Of a stretch of 64,000 nt of DNA, positions 17,043 through 27,668 are shown in pieces. Origin of the DNA: Alphaproteobacteria bacterium (GTDB lineage: Bacteria; Pseudomonadota; Alphaproteobacteria; CALKHQ01); NCBI GenBank assembly GCA_965227515.1, contig CBDDFZ010000001.1, positions 3,328,001 to 3,392,000 on the forward strand. Direction: 5' to 3'. The notes under the pieces are model-generated. The model saw nothing but the letters and a program-made list of their open reading frames with translations. It made no database searches and was not told the DNA's origin. Both the position numbers and the translations under genes were made by a program. Position 1 is the first letter of the stretch. Every line of letters starts with the position of its first letter.

Positions 17043-17204
17043 TGTCCCGAATCTGAAGTTCGTAACAGCGTTTGCTGGCCTCGATCGAACTTCAGATTCG
17101 ATTGGGACACTAGCAAGTTATTGAATCTAGTGTGGTTCCTGGTTTCGAAGTTCGTCAAGATGGCTGCGGCGATAATCGGACGAACTTCGAAACCACCACA
17201 CTAG
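17039..17204. repeat. CTAG-bounded double-hairpin MITE/REP-like element
   Basis: CTAGTGTCCC..GAAGTTCG/CGAACTTC..GGGACACTAG (17039-17113) and CTAGTGTGG..GAAGTTCGTC/GACGAACTTC..CCACACTAG (17127-17204). Confidence 0.8.
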
Positions 17205-17236
17205 CCACCGTCCAGCATTCCCCCCGGGCTGCGGGC

Positions 17237-19723
17237 CTAAGCCGGCGCGGCGGCGAGGCCGGAGACGTTCCCCACCGCTTCTTCCATCGCGTGCTCGGCC
17301 GCACCCAAGCCGCTCATCAGCTGGTCCAGGCGGCGCGCGATCTCCGCCACGTGTCGCGAGCTTTCCGAGACCTGATCGGCACAGCGCAGGTTGTCGGCGG
17401 CAATCGCCTCCACGCTCTCGATCTCGGCCAGCATTTCGCCGGTGTGCGCGGAGGCATCCCGCGCCGCTTCCACCGATACGGTCATCTCGCGGTCGACCTT
17501 GTCGATGTTATCGGAAACCTCCGCGGTATCGGCGTCGGCGGCGTCGATGGTCCGGGCGATATCGGCCGTGTGTTCGGCCTGTTCGTTCACCGAGGCAATG
17601 ATCTGCCGCATCACGTCACCCATGGCGTTGGTGGTGCCCATGATGTCCTCGATGGCGGCAACCGCATCGTTGGACTCCGCGGTCACGTCACGGACGCGGC
17701 TGCGAATCTCCTCCACTGCGTTCCTGGCCGCCGACGACAGGCTCTTTACCTCGCCCGCCACCACCTTGAAGCCGTTGCCCGCCTCCCCGGCGCGCGCCGC
17801 CTCGATGGTCGCGTTGAGCGCCAGCAGGTTGGTCTTCTCAGAGATGTCGTCGATTAGGGTCAGCACCTCGGAGATCGACCCGATGGCATGGGTCAACCGC
17901 TGTACCTTCGCCTGCACCAGCTCCGACGATTGGGCCGCATGCTCAATCACGTTTGTGGAGTTCTGACCTGTCTCGCGCAATGCCTCCAGGTCCGAAGCCA
18001 CGGCGGAGGCGCGCGCGCTGGCTTGGCGCACGCCGTCACGCATCCGGGCCGCACTCTCGCTGATCCGCGTGGTGTTCCCGCCAGCCGAATGCAGCGTGGC
18101 GGCGGCACTGTCGGCGTGCTGGGCCACCGATTCAGACAGCCGCTTGGCCTCGTGCGCCTGATCCGCGGTGGTGCGTGACTGTTCGGCAAGGGTGTTCGAG
18201 ACCGACGACATCCGGCCCGCCGCCTGCAGCAGTTCGTGCGACTGGGCGGAGATGCCCTGCACCATGGTCTCGATGTTGTCCATCACCTGATTGTAGGCGT
18301 GGGCCAGCTCTGCGGCCTCGTCGCCGCTGTCGGTCGCCAGACGGTCCGACAGCTTCGCCTCGCCGCTGGAGAGCGCCTGCATGCGCGCCAGCAACATGCC
18401 GGTGCCCAAGGTGGCGCCGTGCTCGGCCTCGTTCAGACCGGCCATCTCGTGCTCCGCCGATACGCGGACCGAGCCGAACACGAACTGATAGCCCTTGATG
18501 GCGGCGTACGTGATGCCGAACGACCAGACAAAGGCCAGCCCGACACCTTCGAGCTGCACCATGAACTGGGACCAGCGGTCGCCCGCCAGCAGCGTCTCGG
18601 CCGGGGCGAACAGCGGGATGGCCAGGGTGCCGAAGGCGCCGGCAAAGCCGTGCACCGACACCGCGCCCACGGCGTCGTCCAGCTTCCACTTGCGCTCCAT
18701 CACCTCGCCCATGGTGAAGGCGACAACACCGCCCAGGAAACCGGTGGCGACCGCGCCATAGGTCGTCATCACGTCGCAGCCGGCGGTGATGGCGACCAGG
18801 CCGCCAAGCACGCCGTTGATCGACCGCTCGGCCCGGAACAGGCCGTCATAGGCGCGGCCGGCGACCATGCTGCCCAGTCCGCCGATGGCGCCGGCAATGA
18901 CAGTGTTGGCGACGATCATGGCGAAGGCCGGCGTGCCGGTGGTTGTGGAGCCGCCATTGAAGCCGATCCAGCCGATCCACAGGATGATGGCGCCGGAGGT
19001 GGCCAGCACCGGGCTGTGGCCCTGGATGCGCACCGGCCGGCCATTGGCGTCGAACCGGCCGATGCGGGCGCCCAGGCAGATGACCGCCGCAAGCGCGGCC
19101 CACGCGCCAATCGAGTGCACGACGGTGGACCCGGCAAAGTCCATGAACCCGGCATCGCCCAGCAGGGTCGCGTTGTCCATCAACAGGCTGCCCCAGGCCC
19201 AATGGCCGAACACGGGGTAGACCAGGACCGAGATCAGGATCGTCAGTGCAAGGTAGCCAGTGAACTTCATCCGCTCGGCAACCGCGCCCGACACGATGGT
19301 GGCGGCGGTGCCGCAGAACACGGCCTGGAATACGAAGAACGTGTATGACCAGTCGCTCTGCCAATCGAACGCGAACAGCTCGCCGTCCCAGCCGAACAGC
19401 CCGCCGACACTGCCACCGAACATCAGCATGAAGCCGACTGCCCAGTAGCAGGCGACCGCCACGACCATGTCGGCGATGTTCTTTTGCGCGACGTTGATGG
19501 AGTTCTTGGAGCGGACCAGGCCCGCCTCCAGCAGCAGGAAACCCACCTGCATGAAGAACACCAGGGCAGCGGCCAGCATGGTCCAGACGAAATCCAGGTT
19601 CGTCTGCGGCACCGTGACGGCTGTCTCGAGCTCAGCGATGCGCGCTTCGAGCGCGCCCAGGTCCTGGGCGCTTGCCCCGACCGCCGGCAATAGGAGTAGG
19701 ATGGGTAGAAAGGCGAAGCGCAT
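17237..19723 (-). CDS. Ammonium transporter (Amt) fused to HAMP and MCP signalling domains
   Basis: Amt motifs [31 protein letters not shown]; MCP tip [19 protein letters not shown]; single open frame. Confidence 0.93.
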   Translation of the reverse strand: MRFAFLPILLLLPAVGASAQDLGALEARIAELETAVTVPQTNLDFVWTMLAAALVFFMQVGFLLLEAGLVRSKNSINVAQKNIADMVVAVACYWAVGFMLMFGGSVGGLFGWDGELFAFDWQSDWSYTFFVFQAVFCGTAATIVSGAVAERMKFTGYLALTILISVLVYPVFGHWAWGSLLMDNATLLGDAGFMDFAGSTVVHSIGAWAALAAVICLGARIGRFDANGRPVRIQGHSPVLATSGAIILWIGWIGFNGGSTTTGTPAFAMIVANTVIAGAIGGLGSMVAGRAYDGLFRAERSINGVLGGLVAITAGCDVMTTYGAVATGFLGGVVAFTMGEVMERKWKLDDAVGAVSVHGFAGAFGTLAIPLFAPAETLLAGDRWSQFMVQLEGVGLAFVWSFGITYAAIKGYQFVFGSVRVSAEHEMAGLNEAEHGATLGTGMLLARMQALSSGEAKLSDRLATDSGDEAAELAHAYNQVMDNIETMVQGISAQSHELLQAAGRMSSVSNTLAEQSRTTADQAHEAKRLSESVAQHADSAAATLHSAGGNTTRISESAARMRDGVRQASARASAVASDLEALRETGQNSTNVIEHAAQSSELVQAKVQRLTHAIGSISEVLTLIDDISEKTNLLALNATIEAARAGEAGNGFKVVAGEVKSLSSAARNAVEEIRSRVRDVTAESNDAVAAIEDIMGTTNAMGDVMRQIIASVNEQAEHTADIARTIDAADADTAEVSDNIDKVDREMTVSVEAARDASAHTGEMLAEIESVEAIAADNLRCADQVSESSRHVAEIARRLDQLMSGLGAAEHAMEEAVGNVSGLAAAPA

Positions 19724-19968
19724 GCCAGAAGGCCCCGAAACAACGATTCGTCCGCGATGCAGTCCATGGGTGCGGTAAATTGGCCGCCTGACACCCCATG
19801 TGGAACGAAGCTACCGAGAGCCGGTTAGCACTTGCCTAATTCGATCCTTTGTTGTCTCAAATCATTCTTCATCTTGCGCGTGCTGGCAGTCGCAGGAGCA
19901 ACTGAAGCAATCCGACGGGAAAGATTTGAGCGATCCCTTGCGCTAACATCACGAGTCTTGGAGATGTC

Positions 19969-20334
19969 ATGAAACAGCTTGCCTTCGCGCTCGACCTGAA
20001 GGACGACCCGCAGACGATCGCGACCTACGACGAGTACCATCGCGCGGTGTGGCCCGAGATACTGCGCGGGATGGAGCGGATCGGCGTCCGGTCGCAGAAG
20101 ATCTGGCGCACCGGCAACCGCCTGTTCATGCTGGTGGAAGTCGACGACGATTTCGACTGGGATGCCCAGTGGGCGCGCTACATGGCAGAGACGCCGCGCG
20201 CCAAGGAATGGGACGACCTGATGCACACGTTCCAGAGTCGTGTGCCGAGCGCCGGTCCCGACGACTGGTGGACGCCGATGCCGAAGGTCTATGACATGTA
20301 CGAGCAGTTGGACGCGCTGCCGCCAGGCGACTGA
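19969..20334 (+). CDS. L-rhamnose mutarotase-family protein
   Basis: FALDLKDDP..YDEYHRAVWPEI..IWRTGNRLFM. Confidence 0.82.
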   Translation: MKQLAFALDLKDDPQTIATYDEYHRAVWPEILRGMERIGVRSQKIWRTGNRLFMLVEVDDDFDWDAQWARYMAETPRAKEWDDLMHTFQSRVPSAGPDDWWTPMPKVYDMYEQLDALPPGD

Positions 20335-20386
20335 CTTCGCCGATCGGTCTCGCCGCTTGACCGCGCGCGCCTACCCGTCTCCAGAA

Positions 20387-20614
20387 CTAGAACAGGTGTC
20401 CGAGCGCGCCCAGGATCCGCAGCAGGCCGTCGCCCTCGCCCGTGATCGTCGCCAACACGATGCCGAACAGCATCAGGATGCCGAACACGATGGCGGGCCC
20501 CTTGGATCCGCCGGAGTTGTTGGCGACGTCGTCAAAGTAGTCGCGATTGCCGCGCTCGCCGCTGACATCGTGGCCACCGAAGCGACTGTTGCGCCCAAAT
20601 CCATTCATCGACAT
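20387..20614 (-). CDS. Small membrane hypothetical protein
   Basis: AAGGAGAG RBS; one hydrophobic segment. Confidence 0.45.
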   Translation of the reverse strand: MSMNGFGRNSRFGGHDVSGERGNRDYFDDVANNSGGSKGPAIVFGILMLFGIVLATITGEGDGLLRILGALGHLF

Positions 20615-20701
20615 AGCCCTCTCTCCTTGGCTGGTGTGCCTTGGATGTGGGGCTGAACGGATGGCGTGCCGGTGAGGCAGATCACCGATGGCGCGAGATT
20701 G

Positions 20702-21421
20702 TCAGATGAACCCTTCCAGGCGGGTGTTGGCGACCAGTTCGGCGACGTTGGCCTGGTTCGGCAGGTCGATGACGAAGGCGACGATATCGGCCACCGTTTC
20801 CGGTTGCAGGCGCTTGTCTCTCGGCGTGGCGCCGACTAGGCCGGCGATCATCTCGGTGTCGATGGCGCCGGGGCAGATGGCGGTGGCGCGCACGCCCTCC
20901 TCCCATCCGGCGAAACGCACGGCGTGGGTCATCGCCATCAGCGCGTGCTTGGTCATGGCATAGCCGAGGGGTGCTGTGATGTCGCGGATGCGCTTGGCGT
21001 CGGTGGAGGCGATGTTGACCACCCGGCCCTGCCCGGCCTGTTTCAGGTGCGGCAGGGCGGCGCGGATCAGCCGGAACGGGCCCTTGACGTTGACCTGCCA
21101 CATGGCGTCGAGGTCGGCCTCGTCACCCTGGGCGAAGTCGACCATGCGCAGGATGCCGGCATTGTTGACCAGCGCGTCCAGCCGGCCGAAGCGGGCGACG
21201 GTCTCGTCGACCCAGGCCTGCGCGGTTGGCGGGTCGTCGGCATCGAAACGCGCCACCATCACCCGGTCGTCGGGTTGGCCGGCGAAGCGCGCGCGCACCT
21301 TGTCCGGGTCGCGCACGCCGGCGGAAACAGCCCATCCGTCGGCCAGCAGGCGGTCGGCAATCGCGGCCCCCACGCCGCGGCCGGCGCCCGATACCATGGC
21401 GACCCGAAGGGGCTGCGTCAC
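20702..21421 (-). CDS. Short-chain dehydrogenase/reductase
   Basis: SGAGRGVG, NNAG, YAMTK; GTG start overlapping the upstream stop. Confidence 0.88.
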   Translation of the reverse strand: MTQPLRVAMVSGAGRGVGAAIADRLLADGWAVSAGVRDPDKVRARFAGQPDDRVMVARFDADDPPTAQAWVDETVARFGRLDALVNNAGILRMVDFAQGDEADLDAMWQVNVKGPFRLIRAALPHLKQAGQGRVVNIASTDAKRIRDITAPLGYAMTKHALMAMTHAVRFAGWEEGVRATAICPGAIDTEMIAGLVGATPRDKRLQPETVADIVAFVIDLPNQANVAELVANTRLEGFI

Positions 21422-22203
21422 TAGAACAGCCCCTGGTAAACGCCGCCGTCGTTGACGATGTTCTGGCCGGAAATGAAGCCGGCCTGCGCGCTGCACAGGA
21501 ACGCGACCAGGTCGCCGCACTCGCTGGGATCGGCGAAACGGCCAGCCGGGCAGCCCTTCAGCCGGTCCTCGACGATTGCCTCATAGGTCGTGTTGCCTCG
21601 CCGGGCGTGGCCATGCAGGTTGGTGTGCAGCGCGTCGGTGTCGAACAGGCCGGGGCACACCCCGTTGATGGTGACGTTGTGCGGCAGCAGTTCGCGGGTC
21701 ATCGCCGCCGAGGCACCGGCCAACGCCAACCGTGCGGCATGGCTGTGGGCGAAGCCAACTTGCGGAAACTTGATGAAGCTGACCGACATATTGACGATGC
21801 GGCCGAACTTCCGGTCGCGCATGCCTGGCGCCACCGCCTGCACCATCTCGATGGACGACAGGAAGTGGACCTCCAGCCAATAGCGCCAGGCATCGGCGTC
21901 GATCTTCTCGAACGGGTCCGGGGTCTGCCGCACGCCGGGGTTGTTGACCACGATGTCGGGGTCCGGGCACGCATCAAGCAGCGCGGCGCGCCCGTCGGCG
22001 CTATTGAAATCCACTGCCACCGCCGTAACCTCGACGCCGAAATCGTCGCGGATTTCCTGCGCCGTCGCCTCCAGCGCGTCGGCCGTGCGGGCGTTCAGGA
22101 CCAGCGAGACGCCCTCTGCCGCGAGTGAGCGGGCGCAGGCGCGGCCCAGGCCCTTGCTTGCCGCGCTGACGATGGCCTTGCGGCCCTTGATACCCAGTTC
22201 CAT
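21421..22203 (-). CDS. Short-chain dehydrogenase/reductase (atypical, no YxxxK)
   Basis: MELGIKGRKAIVSAASKGLG; SHAAR replaces YxxxK. Confidence 0.88.
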   Translation of the reverse strand: MELGIKGRKAIVSAASKGLGRACARSLAAEGVSLVLNARTADALEATAQEIRDDFGVEVTAVAVDFNSADGRAALLDACPDPDIVVNNPGVRQTPDPFEKIDADAWRYWLEVHFLSSIEMVQAVAPGMRDRKFGRIVNMSVSFIKFPQVGFAHSHAARLALAGASAAMTRELLPHNVTINGVCPGLFDTDALHTNLHGHARRGNTTYEAIVEDRLKGCPAGRFADPSECGDLVAFLCSAQAGFISGQNIVNDGGVYQGLF

Positions 22204-22214
22204 GTCCCTTCCCC

Positions 22215-23132
22215 TCAGGCCGCGTCAGCCGGCGAGGCCAGTAATTCGGTAAAGCCGGCTTCCAGTTCGCGCAACGTGGCGCCTTCCAACGGGCGCAAGG
22301 GCGGGCGCGGTGGGCCACCGCCATAGCCCAGCATGTCCATCGCCGCCTTGGTCGACGGGTAGAGCTTGCGCGTCTCGGTCACGAACAGCCGGGTCATGTC
22401 CTGGCCGATCCGCTGCAGGGCCCACGCCTCGTCCAGGCGCCCGGCGCGGGTGGCGTGCCACAGGTCCATGCAGCCCTTCGGCCAGACATTGGGGAAGCAG
22501 TCGATCAGCCCGTCGGCGCCGGCCAGGGTGGCGGCCACGCCAAACACCGACGACGGGCCGCAGAACACGCGGATGCGGTCGCGCACGGCGTACAGCGTCT
22601 CATGGAAATTGGTCCAGTTGCTGGAGCTTTCCTTGATCGCCACGACCTTGTCGAGGTCGGCCAGCTCGTCGGCGATCTCAGGCGTGATCGCGTTCCCCGG
22701 CGGGCGATGGATGTTGTAGAGCACCACCGGCAGCGGTGCCGCCTCGGCCACCTGCTGGAAAAACGCGATCATGTCGCGCCGCGTCAGGTCGACGAAATAG
22801 GGCGGCATCACCAGCACGCCGTCGCAGCCGGCGTCCTTGGCGGCATGCGCCACCTCGATCGCCTCTTCGGGGCGGATCGCACCGGTGCCGACGATGGCCG
22901 GACCGCGGCCGGCGCATCCCTTCACCGTCAGGGCAGCCAGGCGCGCCCGCTCCTCCAGCGTCAGCGACCAGAACTCGCCAGTGCAGCCGGCGGCAATGAT
23001 GCCGGTGGCGCCATTGGCGAACATGCGCTCGATGTTGGCGGTGAAAGCCGCCTCGTCAATCGACAGGTCCGGCGCGAAATTGGTGATGACCGCGGGCATC
23101 GGCCCGGTCCAGTCGATATCGTTGCGATCCAA
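22215..23132 (-). CDS. DHDPS/NAL-family aldolase or deaminase
   Basis: GCTGEF, PPYF, LYN, AIKESS. Confidence 0.88.
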   Translation of the reverse strand: MDRNDIDWTGPMPAVITNFAPDLSIDEAAFTANIERMFANGATGIIAAGCTGEFWSLTLEERARLAALTVKGCAGRGPAIVGTGAIRPEEAIEVAHAAKDAGCDGVLVMPPYFVDLTRRDMIAFFQQVAEAAPLPVVLYNIHRPPGNAITPEIADELADLDKVVAIKESSSNWTNFHETLYAVRDRIRVFCGPSSVFGVAATLAGADGLIDCFPNVWPKGCMDLWHATRAGRLDEAWALQRIGQDMTRLFVTETRKLYPSTKAAMDMLGYGGGPPRPPLRPLEGATLRELEAGFTELLASPADAA

Positions 23133-23183
23133 TTCCCGCGTCCTCCTTCGATCCGGCCGGCCAGGGGTGCCGACCAGGCTGAT

Positions 23184-24272
23184 TCATCCGTCGGCGTTCA
23201 GCCGGCGCCCGTCCCCGTCGCCGGCAAAGACGTGCAGGTGCGCCGCAACCAGATCCACCGGCACCAGGTCGTCGACGGCAATGGGCGACGTGGCCGGCGT
23301 GCGCGCCGTCAGCTTCGGGCCGCCGCCCTCCAGCTCCAGGATCACGATGTTCTCGTGCCCGGTCGGCTCGACGATCTTGACCATGGCGTTGTGGGCGCCG
23401 CTCTGCCCCAGAATGACATCTTCCGGCCGCGCGCCGATCACGACGGGCCCCGGCGCATCGGCCGCCAGCGGCACGCCGTCGAGCGGCAGCCGCATGCCGG
23501 GCGCGGTGAACGTCGGCACGCCGTTCTCCACCGCCAGCATCCCCTCGACCATGTTCATCGACGGGGTGCCGATGAAGTCGGCGACGAAGCGGTTGGCGGG
23601 CCGGCGATAGACTTCCTGCGGGCCGGCGAACTGCTGCAGCCGGCCGGCGTTCATCACCGCGATCCGGTCCGACATGGTCATGGCCTCGAGCTGGTCGTGG
23701 GTGACATAGACCATGGTGCGGCCCAGCCGGCGGTGCAGTTCCACCAGTTCGGCACGCATGTAGGCGCGCAGCTTGGCGTCCAGGTTCGACAGCGGCTCGT
23801 CGAGCAGGAACACGTCCGGGTCGCGCACCAGCGCGCGGCCCAGGGCCACCCGTTGCTGCTGCCCGCCGGAAAGGTGCCGGGGCTTGCGTTGCAACAGCTC
23901 GGTCAGTTGCAACAGCTCGGCGGTTTGCGCCACCGCGCGCTTGCGTTCGGCCGGCGGCACACGGCGCTTGCGCAGGGGATAGGCGATGTTCCGCTCCACC
24001 GTCATATGCGGATAGAGCGCATAGGACTGGAACACCATCGCGATATTGCGCTTGCCGGGCGGCACGTCGTTCACCACCCGCTCGCCAATGCTGATGGTGC
24101 CGGCGCTGGGGAACTCCAGGCCGGCCAGCATGCGGAGCGTCGTGGTCTTGCCGCAGCCGGATGGGCCCAGCAACGACACGAACTCGCCCGAAGCGATCTC
24201 CAGGTCGAGGCCGTGCACGGCGACGAAATCGCCGAAAGCCTTGCGCACGCCCTGCAGCACCACGTCCGCCAT
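23184..24272 (-). CDS. CUT1 sugar ABC transporter ATPase
   Basis: GPSGCGKT, LSGGQQQR, LLDEPLSNLD, TOBE tail. Confidence 0.95.
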   Translation of the reverse strand: MADVVLQGVRKAFGDFVAVHGLDLEIASGEFVSLLGPSGCGKTTTLRMLAGLEFPSAGTISIGERVVNDVPPGKRNIAMVFQSYALYPHMTVERNIAYPLRKRRVPPAERKRAVAQTAELLQLTELLQRKPRHLSGGQQQRVALGRALVRDPDVFLLDEPLSNLDAKLRAYMRAELVELHRRLGRTMVYVTHDQLEAMTMSDRIAVMNAGRLQQFAGPQEVYRRPANRFVADFIGTPSMNMVEGMLAVENGVPTFTAPGMRLPLDGVPLAADAPGPVVIGARPEDVILGQSGAHNAMVKIVEPTGHENIVILELEGGGPKLTARTPATSPIAVDDLVPVDLVAAHLHVFAGDGDGRRLNADG

Positions 24273-24279
24273 GGCTACC

Positions 24280-25119
24280 TCAGCCCTTCACCGCGCCGGC
24301 GCCGAAGCCGCGCGTCAGATAGCTCTGCAGGAAGGCGAAGATGACGATCAGCGGCAGGCTCATCATCACCGAGGCCGCCATCAGCAGCGACCATTCGATG
24401 TTGAACGCCGACGTCAGCATCGTCATGACGCCGGTGGTCAGCGGCCGCGCCTCGTCGGAATTCACCAGCACCAGCGCGTAAAGATACTCGTTCCAGGACA
24501 GGATGAACGTGAACAGCGCGGTGGAGATGATCCCAGGCAGAAGCTGCGGCAGGATCACATCCCAGAACGCGCCCAGCCTGGACGCGCCGTCGACCATGGC
24601 AGCCGATTCCAGATCCTCCGGCACGCCGGCCATGAACGAGCGCAGCAGCCACAGCCCATACGGCAGCGCGAAGGTGGTGTAGGCGATGACCAGGCTGAAG
24701 ATGGTGTTGGAGAGCCCCAACTCCACCATCATCAGGTAGAGCGGCAGGATCAGCACCACCGACGGCAGCAGATAGGTGAACAGCACCAGCAGCGCCAGGG
24801 ATTCGCGGCCGCGGTACTTGAACCGGATCAGGCTGTAGGCGCCGAGCGAGGCGATCACCACCACCAGCACGGTGGTGGCCACCGACAGGATGACCGAGTT
24901 GCGGAAGAACTTCAGGAAGTCGGTCTCGTCGAGCAGCCGCCAGTAGTGCTCGAAGGTCACCTCGCCGGGCAGGAAGGTCGGCGGGATCTTGAACAGCTCG
25001 GTCTGCGGCTTGATCGACGTCATCACCATCCACAACAGTGGAAACGCGACCAGCAGCACCAGGATCCAGGTGACGATGTTGCGGGCGATGCCACGGCCCG
25101 TATGGGTGCGCGCGCTCAC
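24280..25119 (-). CDS. Carbohydrate ABC permease
   Basis: EAA loop LESAAMVDGAS; WNEYLYAL. Confidence 0.93.
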   Translation of the reverse strand: MSARTHTGRGIARNIVTWILVLLVAFPLLWMVMTSIKPQTELFKIPPTFLPGEVTFEHYWRLLDETDFLKFFRNSVILSVATTVLVVVIASLGAYSLIRFKYRGRESLALLVLFTYLLPSVVLILPLYLMMVELGLSNTIFSLVIAYTTFALPYGLWLLRSFMAGVPEDLESAAMVDGASRLGAFWDVILPQLLPGIISTALFTFILSWNEYLYALVLVNSDEARPLTTGVMTMLTSAFNIEWSLLMAASVMMSLPLIVIFAFLQSYLTRGFGAGAVKG

Positions 25120-25122
25120 CGC

Positions 25123-26031
25123 CTATGGCTCCCGCCGCGCAGCACCACGGATGTAGACGATCATGAACGTCAGCATGATCAGCATCATCACCACGGCATA
25201 GGCCGACGCCATGCCCATCTCGTTGAGCGAGAACGCCTCCTTGTAGACCAGCAGCGGCAGTGTCTGGGTGGCGGTAACCGGGCCGCCGCCGGTCATCAGG
25301 TAGATCAGGTCGAATTCCTTGAAGTCCCAGATCGCGCGCAGCATCACGATCACCACCAGCACGCTCCTGAGCTGCGGCAGCGTGATGTCGAAGAACCGGG
25401 CGATCGGACCCGCACCGTCGATGCGCGCCGCCTCGTACAGCGGTTCCGGGATCGTCTGCAGCCGCGCCAGCACGGCAATGACCACGAACGGGAAGTATTT
25501 CCAGGCGCCGACGAAGATGACCGAGATCATCGCGTTGGGCATCGTGCCCAGCCAGTCGACCGGCATGTCGACCACGCCGGCGCCCATCAGCATGTGGTTG
25601 AGGATGCCGTAGAGGTCGTTGAACAGCCACCGCCAGATCAGCACGGCGACCACCGTCGACACGAAATAGGGAAACAAGATCAGGCTGCGGGCGAGCGAGC
25701 GGAACCAGAGGTTCTGGTGCAGCAGCAGGGCCATGCCGACGCCGAACACGATCTGCAGCACCAGGGTGCCTACGGTCCAGATGACATTGGCTTTTAGGGC
25801 CGACCAGAAGTCGCCCGATGCCAGCAGCTCGGCATAGTTGTCGAAACCGACCCACTCGCCCTCCAGTGTCGGCGTGTAGATGGAAAACAGGCTCAGGTAG
25901 ATGGCGGAGATCAGCGGGTAGACGATGACCAGGCAGAACACCAGCACGCTGGGCGCGATCAGCAGCATGCCGAGCCGCGCATAGCGCCGCTCCAACAGGG
26001 TCGACGGGCGTGCGGTTGCCGTTGCGGTCAT
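25123..26031 (-). CDS. Carbohydrate ABC permease
   Basis: LYEAARIDGA; FDLIYLMTGGGP. Confidence 0.93.
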   Translation of the reverse strand: MTATATARPSTLLERRYARLGMLLIAPSVLVFCLVIVYPLISAIYLSLFSIYTPTLEGEWVGFDNYAELLASGDFWSALKANVIWTVGTLVLQIVFGVGMALLLHQNLWFRSLARSLILFPYFVSTVVAVLIWRWLFNDLYGILNHMLMGAGVVDMPVDWLGTMPNAMISVIFVGAWKYFPFVVIAVLARLQTIPEPLYEAARIDGAGPIARFFDITLPQLRSVLVVIVMLRAIWDFKEFDLIYLMTGGGPVTATQTLPLLVYKEAFSLNEMGMASAYAVVMMLIMLTFMIVYIRGAARREP

Positions 26032-26100
26032 GTGTCAAAAGAAGCGGCGGGCACCCCCATTTGCCCGCCGCCGATTCCTGTCCGAAGCTTAGCCAGCGGC

Positions 26101-27450
26101 TCAGGAATTCATGATCTCTTCGATCGCCATCGCGGTGTCGCCGATCACCGCGGCCGCGTCCTCGTCGTTCAGCACGATCCGCTGCACCATCTCGGCCAGC
26201 ACGCCGGAATTGACGATGTCGCCGGCCTTCACGTTCGGCTTGTGCTCCGGCGTCTCCCAACCCAGATTGTGGCCGGCCGCCGCCGCCGCCGACATCAGTT
26301 CCACCTCGGCGGTGTACTTCTCGATGATCGGGTTATCCAGATAGCGCTCGTCCTCGGCGATGGTCTGCAGCACCGGCAGTACGTGGCCGGGTGCGGCGTG
26401 GAGCTGCTGGATGTAGCCCTCCGGGTCGTACAGGAACGCGGCGAACTGCTTGGTCACGTCCATGTTCGACGCCGCAGCCGGGATGAACACGCTGGGGAAG
26501 TCGTTGAAAGTCCACGGCGACACGTCGGTGGAAATGCGCGGGTAGGTCACGCAGGTCACCGAGTCGGCGATATCAGGGTTCTGGTTGTTGACGTTGATCA
26601 GCGCACGCCCGGTGTAGATGCCGGTTGCGGTGGCCCCGCTGACGAACGCGGTCAGGCTCTCGCCCCACGAGTAGTTGGTGGCCCCCGGCGGGCAGAATTC
26701 GCGCATGGAGCGATAGAATTCCAGCGCGTTGCGGGTCTCGTCGCTGTCCAGCGTGATGTCGAGGTCGGGCGAGAACACCGAGCCGCCGGCCAGATGGATG
26801 AACCCGATGATGGTGAGCGTGGTCATCGAGTTATAGGCATAGGGCAGCGGCGCGCCATAGATGCCCCCGCCCTGCATGGCGGCACAGGCCGCGCGCAGCT
26901 CGTCCCAGGTCTCCGGCGCCTTGTCGATGCCGGCGGCCTCCATCAGGTCGGTGCGCAGCCAGCACATATTGGCGGCCGAGTTGCCGATGCCGCTGCCGGC
27001 ATACTGGCCCGCGTCGATCTCATAGATGTCGTTGGCGCCGGGGTAGTACTTGTCGGCGCCGACCATGTCGATCACGTCATTGAACGGCTCCAGCAGCCCC
27101 GCGCTCCAGTAGTCGGAGACCGCGAAGGACGGCAGGTGGGTCACGACGTTCGGCACCTCGCCGCTGGCGAAGGCGGCGGCAAGCTGCGGGGCATAACCCT
27201 CGTCGGAGGTCTTTTCGAACACCACGGTGACGCCGGGGTGCATCTCCATGAACTGGGCAATCTGGAACTCATAGGCCGCGAGCTGTTCCGGCGAGGACTG
27301 CGGCGACCACCAGCGGATGGTCACGTCCTCTTGCGCGCGTGCCGCACGCGGCAGGCCGGCTGCCGCGACAGCGGCCGTCGCCGCCATGCCGCCCAGCGCC
27401 GTGCGCCTGCTGAAACCGTTCCGAAGTGTGTGCTTGGCAGAACCGCTCAT
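26101..27450 (-). CDS. ABC solute-binding protein (family 1), Tat signal
   Basis: FSRRTALGG..ARA signal; APETWDEL. Confidence 0.9.
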   Translation of the reverse strand: MSGSAKHTLRNGFSRRTALGGMAATAAVAAAGLPRAARAQEDVTIRWWSPQSSPEQLAAYEFQIAQFMEMHPGVTVVFEKTSDEGYAPQLAAAFASGEVPNVVTHLPSFAVSDYWSAGLLEPFNDVIDMVGADKYYPGANDIYEIDAGQYAGSGIGNSAANMCWLRTDLMEAAGIDKAPETWDELRAACAAMQGGGIYGAPLPYAYNSMTTLTIIGFIHLAGGSVFSPDLDITLDSDETRNALEFYRSMREFCPPGATNYSWGESLTAFVSGATATGIYTGRALINVNNQNPDIADSVTCVTYPRISTDVSPWTFNDFPSVFIPAAASNMDVTKQFAAFLYDPEGYIQQLHAAPGHVLPVLQTIAEDERYLDNPIIEKYTAEVELMSAAAAAGHNLGWETPEHKPNVKAGDIVNSGVLAEMVQRIVLNDEDAAAVIGDTAMAIEEIMNS

Positions 27451-27469
27451 GTCGCTCCCCATCCCATTT

Positions 27470-27503
27470 GTTCACATATCGCACGATCGTTCGATAATGA
27501 CAC
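27470..27503. promoter_or_regulatory. Tandem IclR (PcaR/PobR-type) operator
   Basis: GTTCACATATCGCAC-N4-GTTCGATAATGACAC; the core recurs at five other intergenic sites. Confidence 0.65.
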
Positions 27504-27668
27504 ACCATCTCTCTGATCCGCGCAAGCATCTTCCATCGTCGCGGCCGGAATGTGCGCAAATGTGCGGATCGTGCTTGCCTCGACCGCCCCGAACGTGAGA
27601 ATTGGCCGGCTCCCGTCGCACCGGCGCAGCTTTTTTCACAAGGGTAGATTTATCATGGCAGGCCGGAC

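Noticed and set aside
22455-27516. Long antisense or alternate-frame ORFs (629, 583, 661 and 494 aa)
   Set aside because: Shadow ORFs typical of high-GC coding DNA, overlapping well-supported ABC genes.
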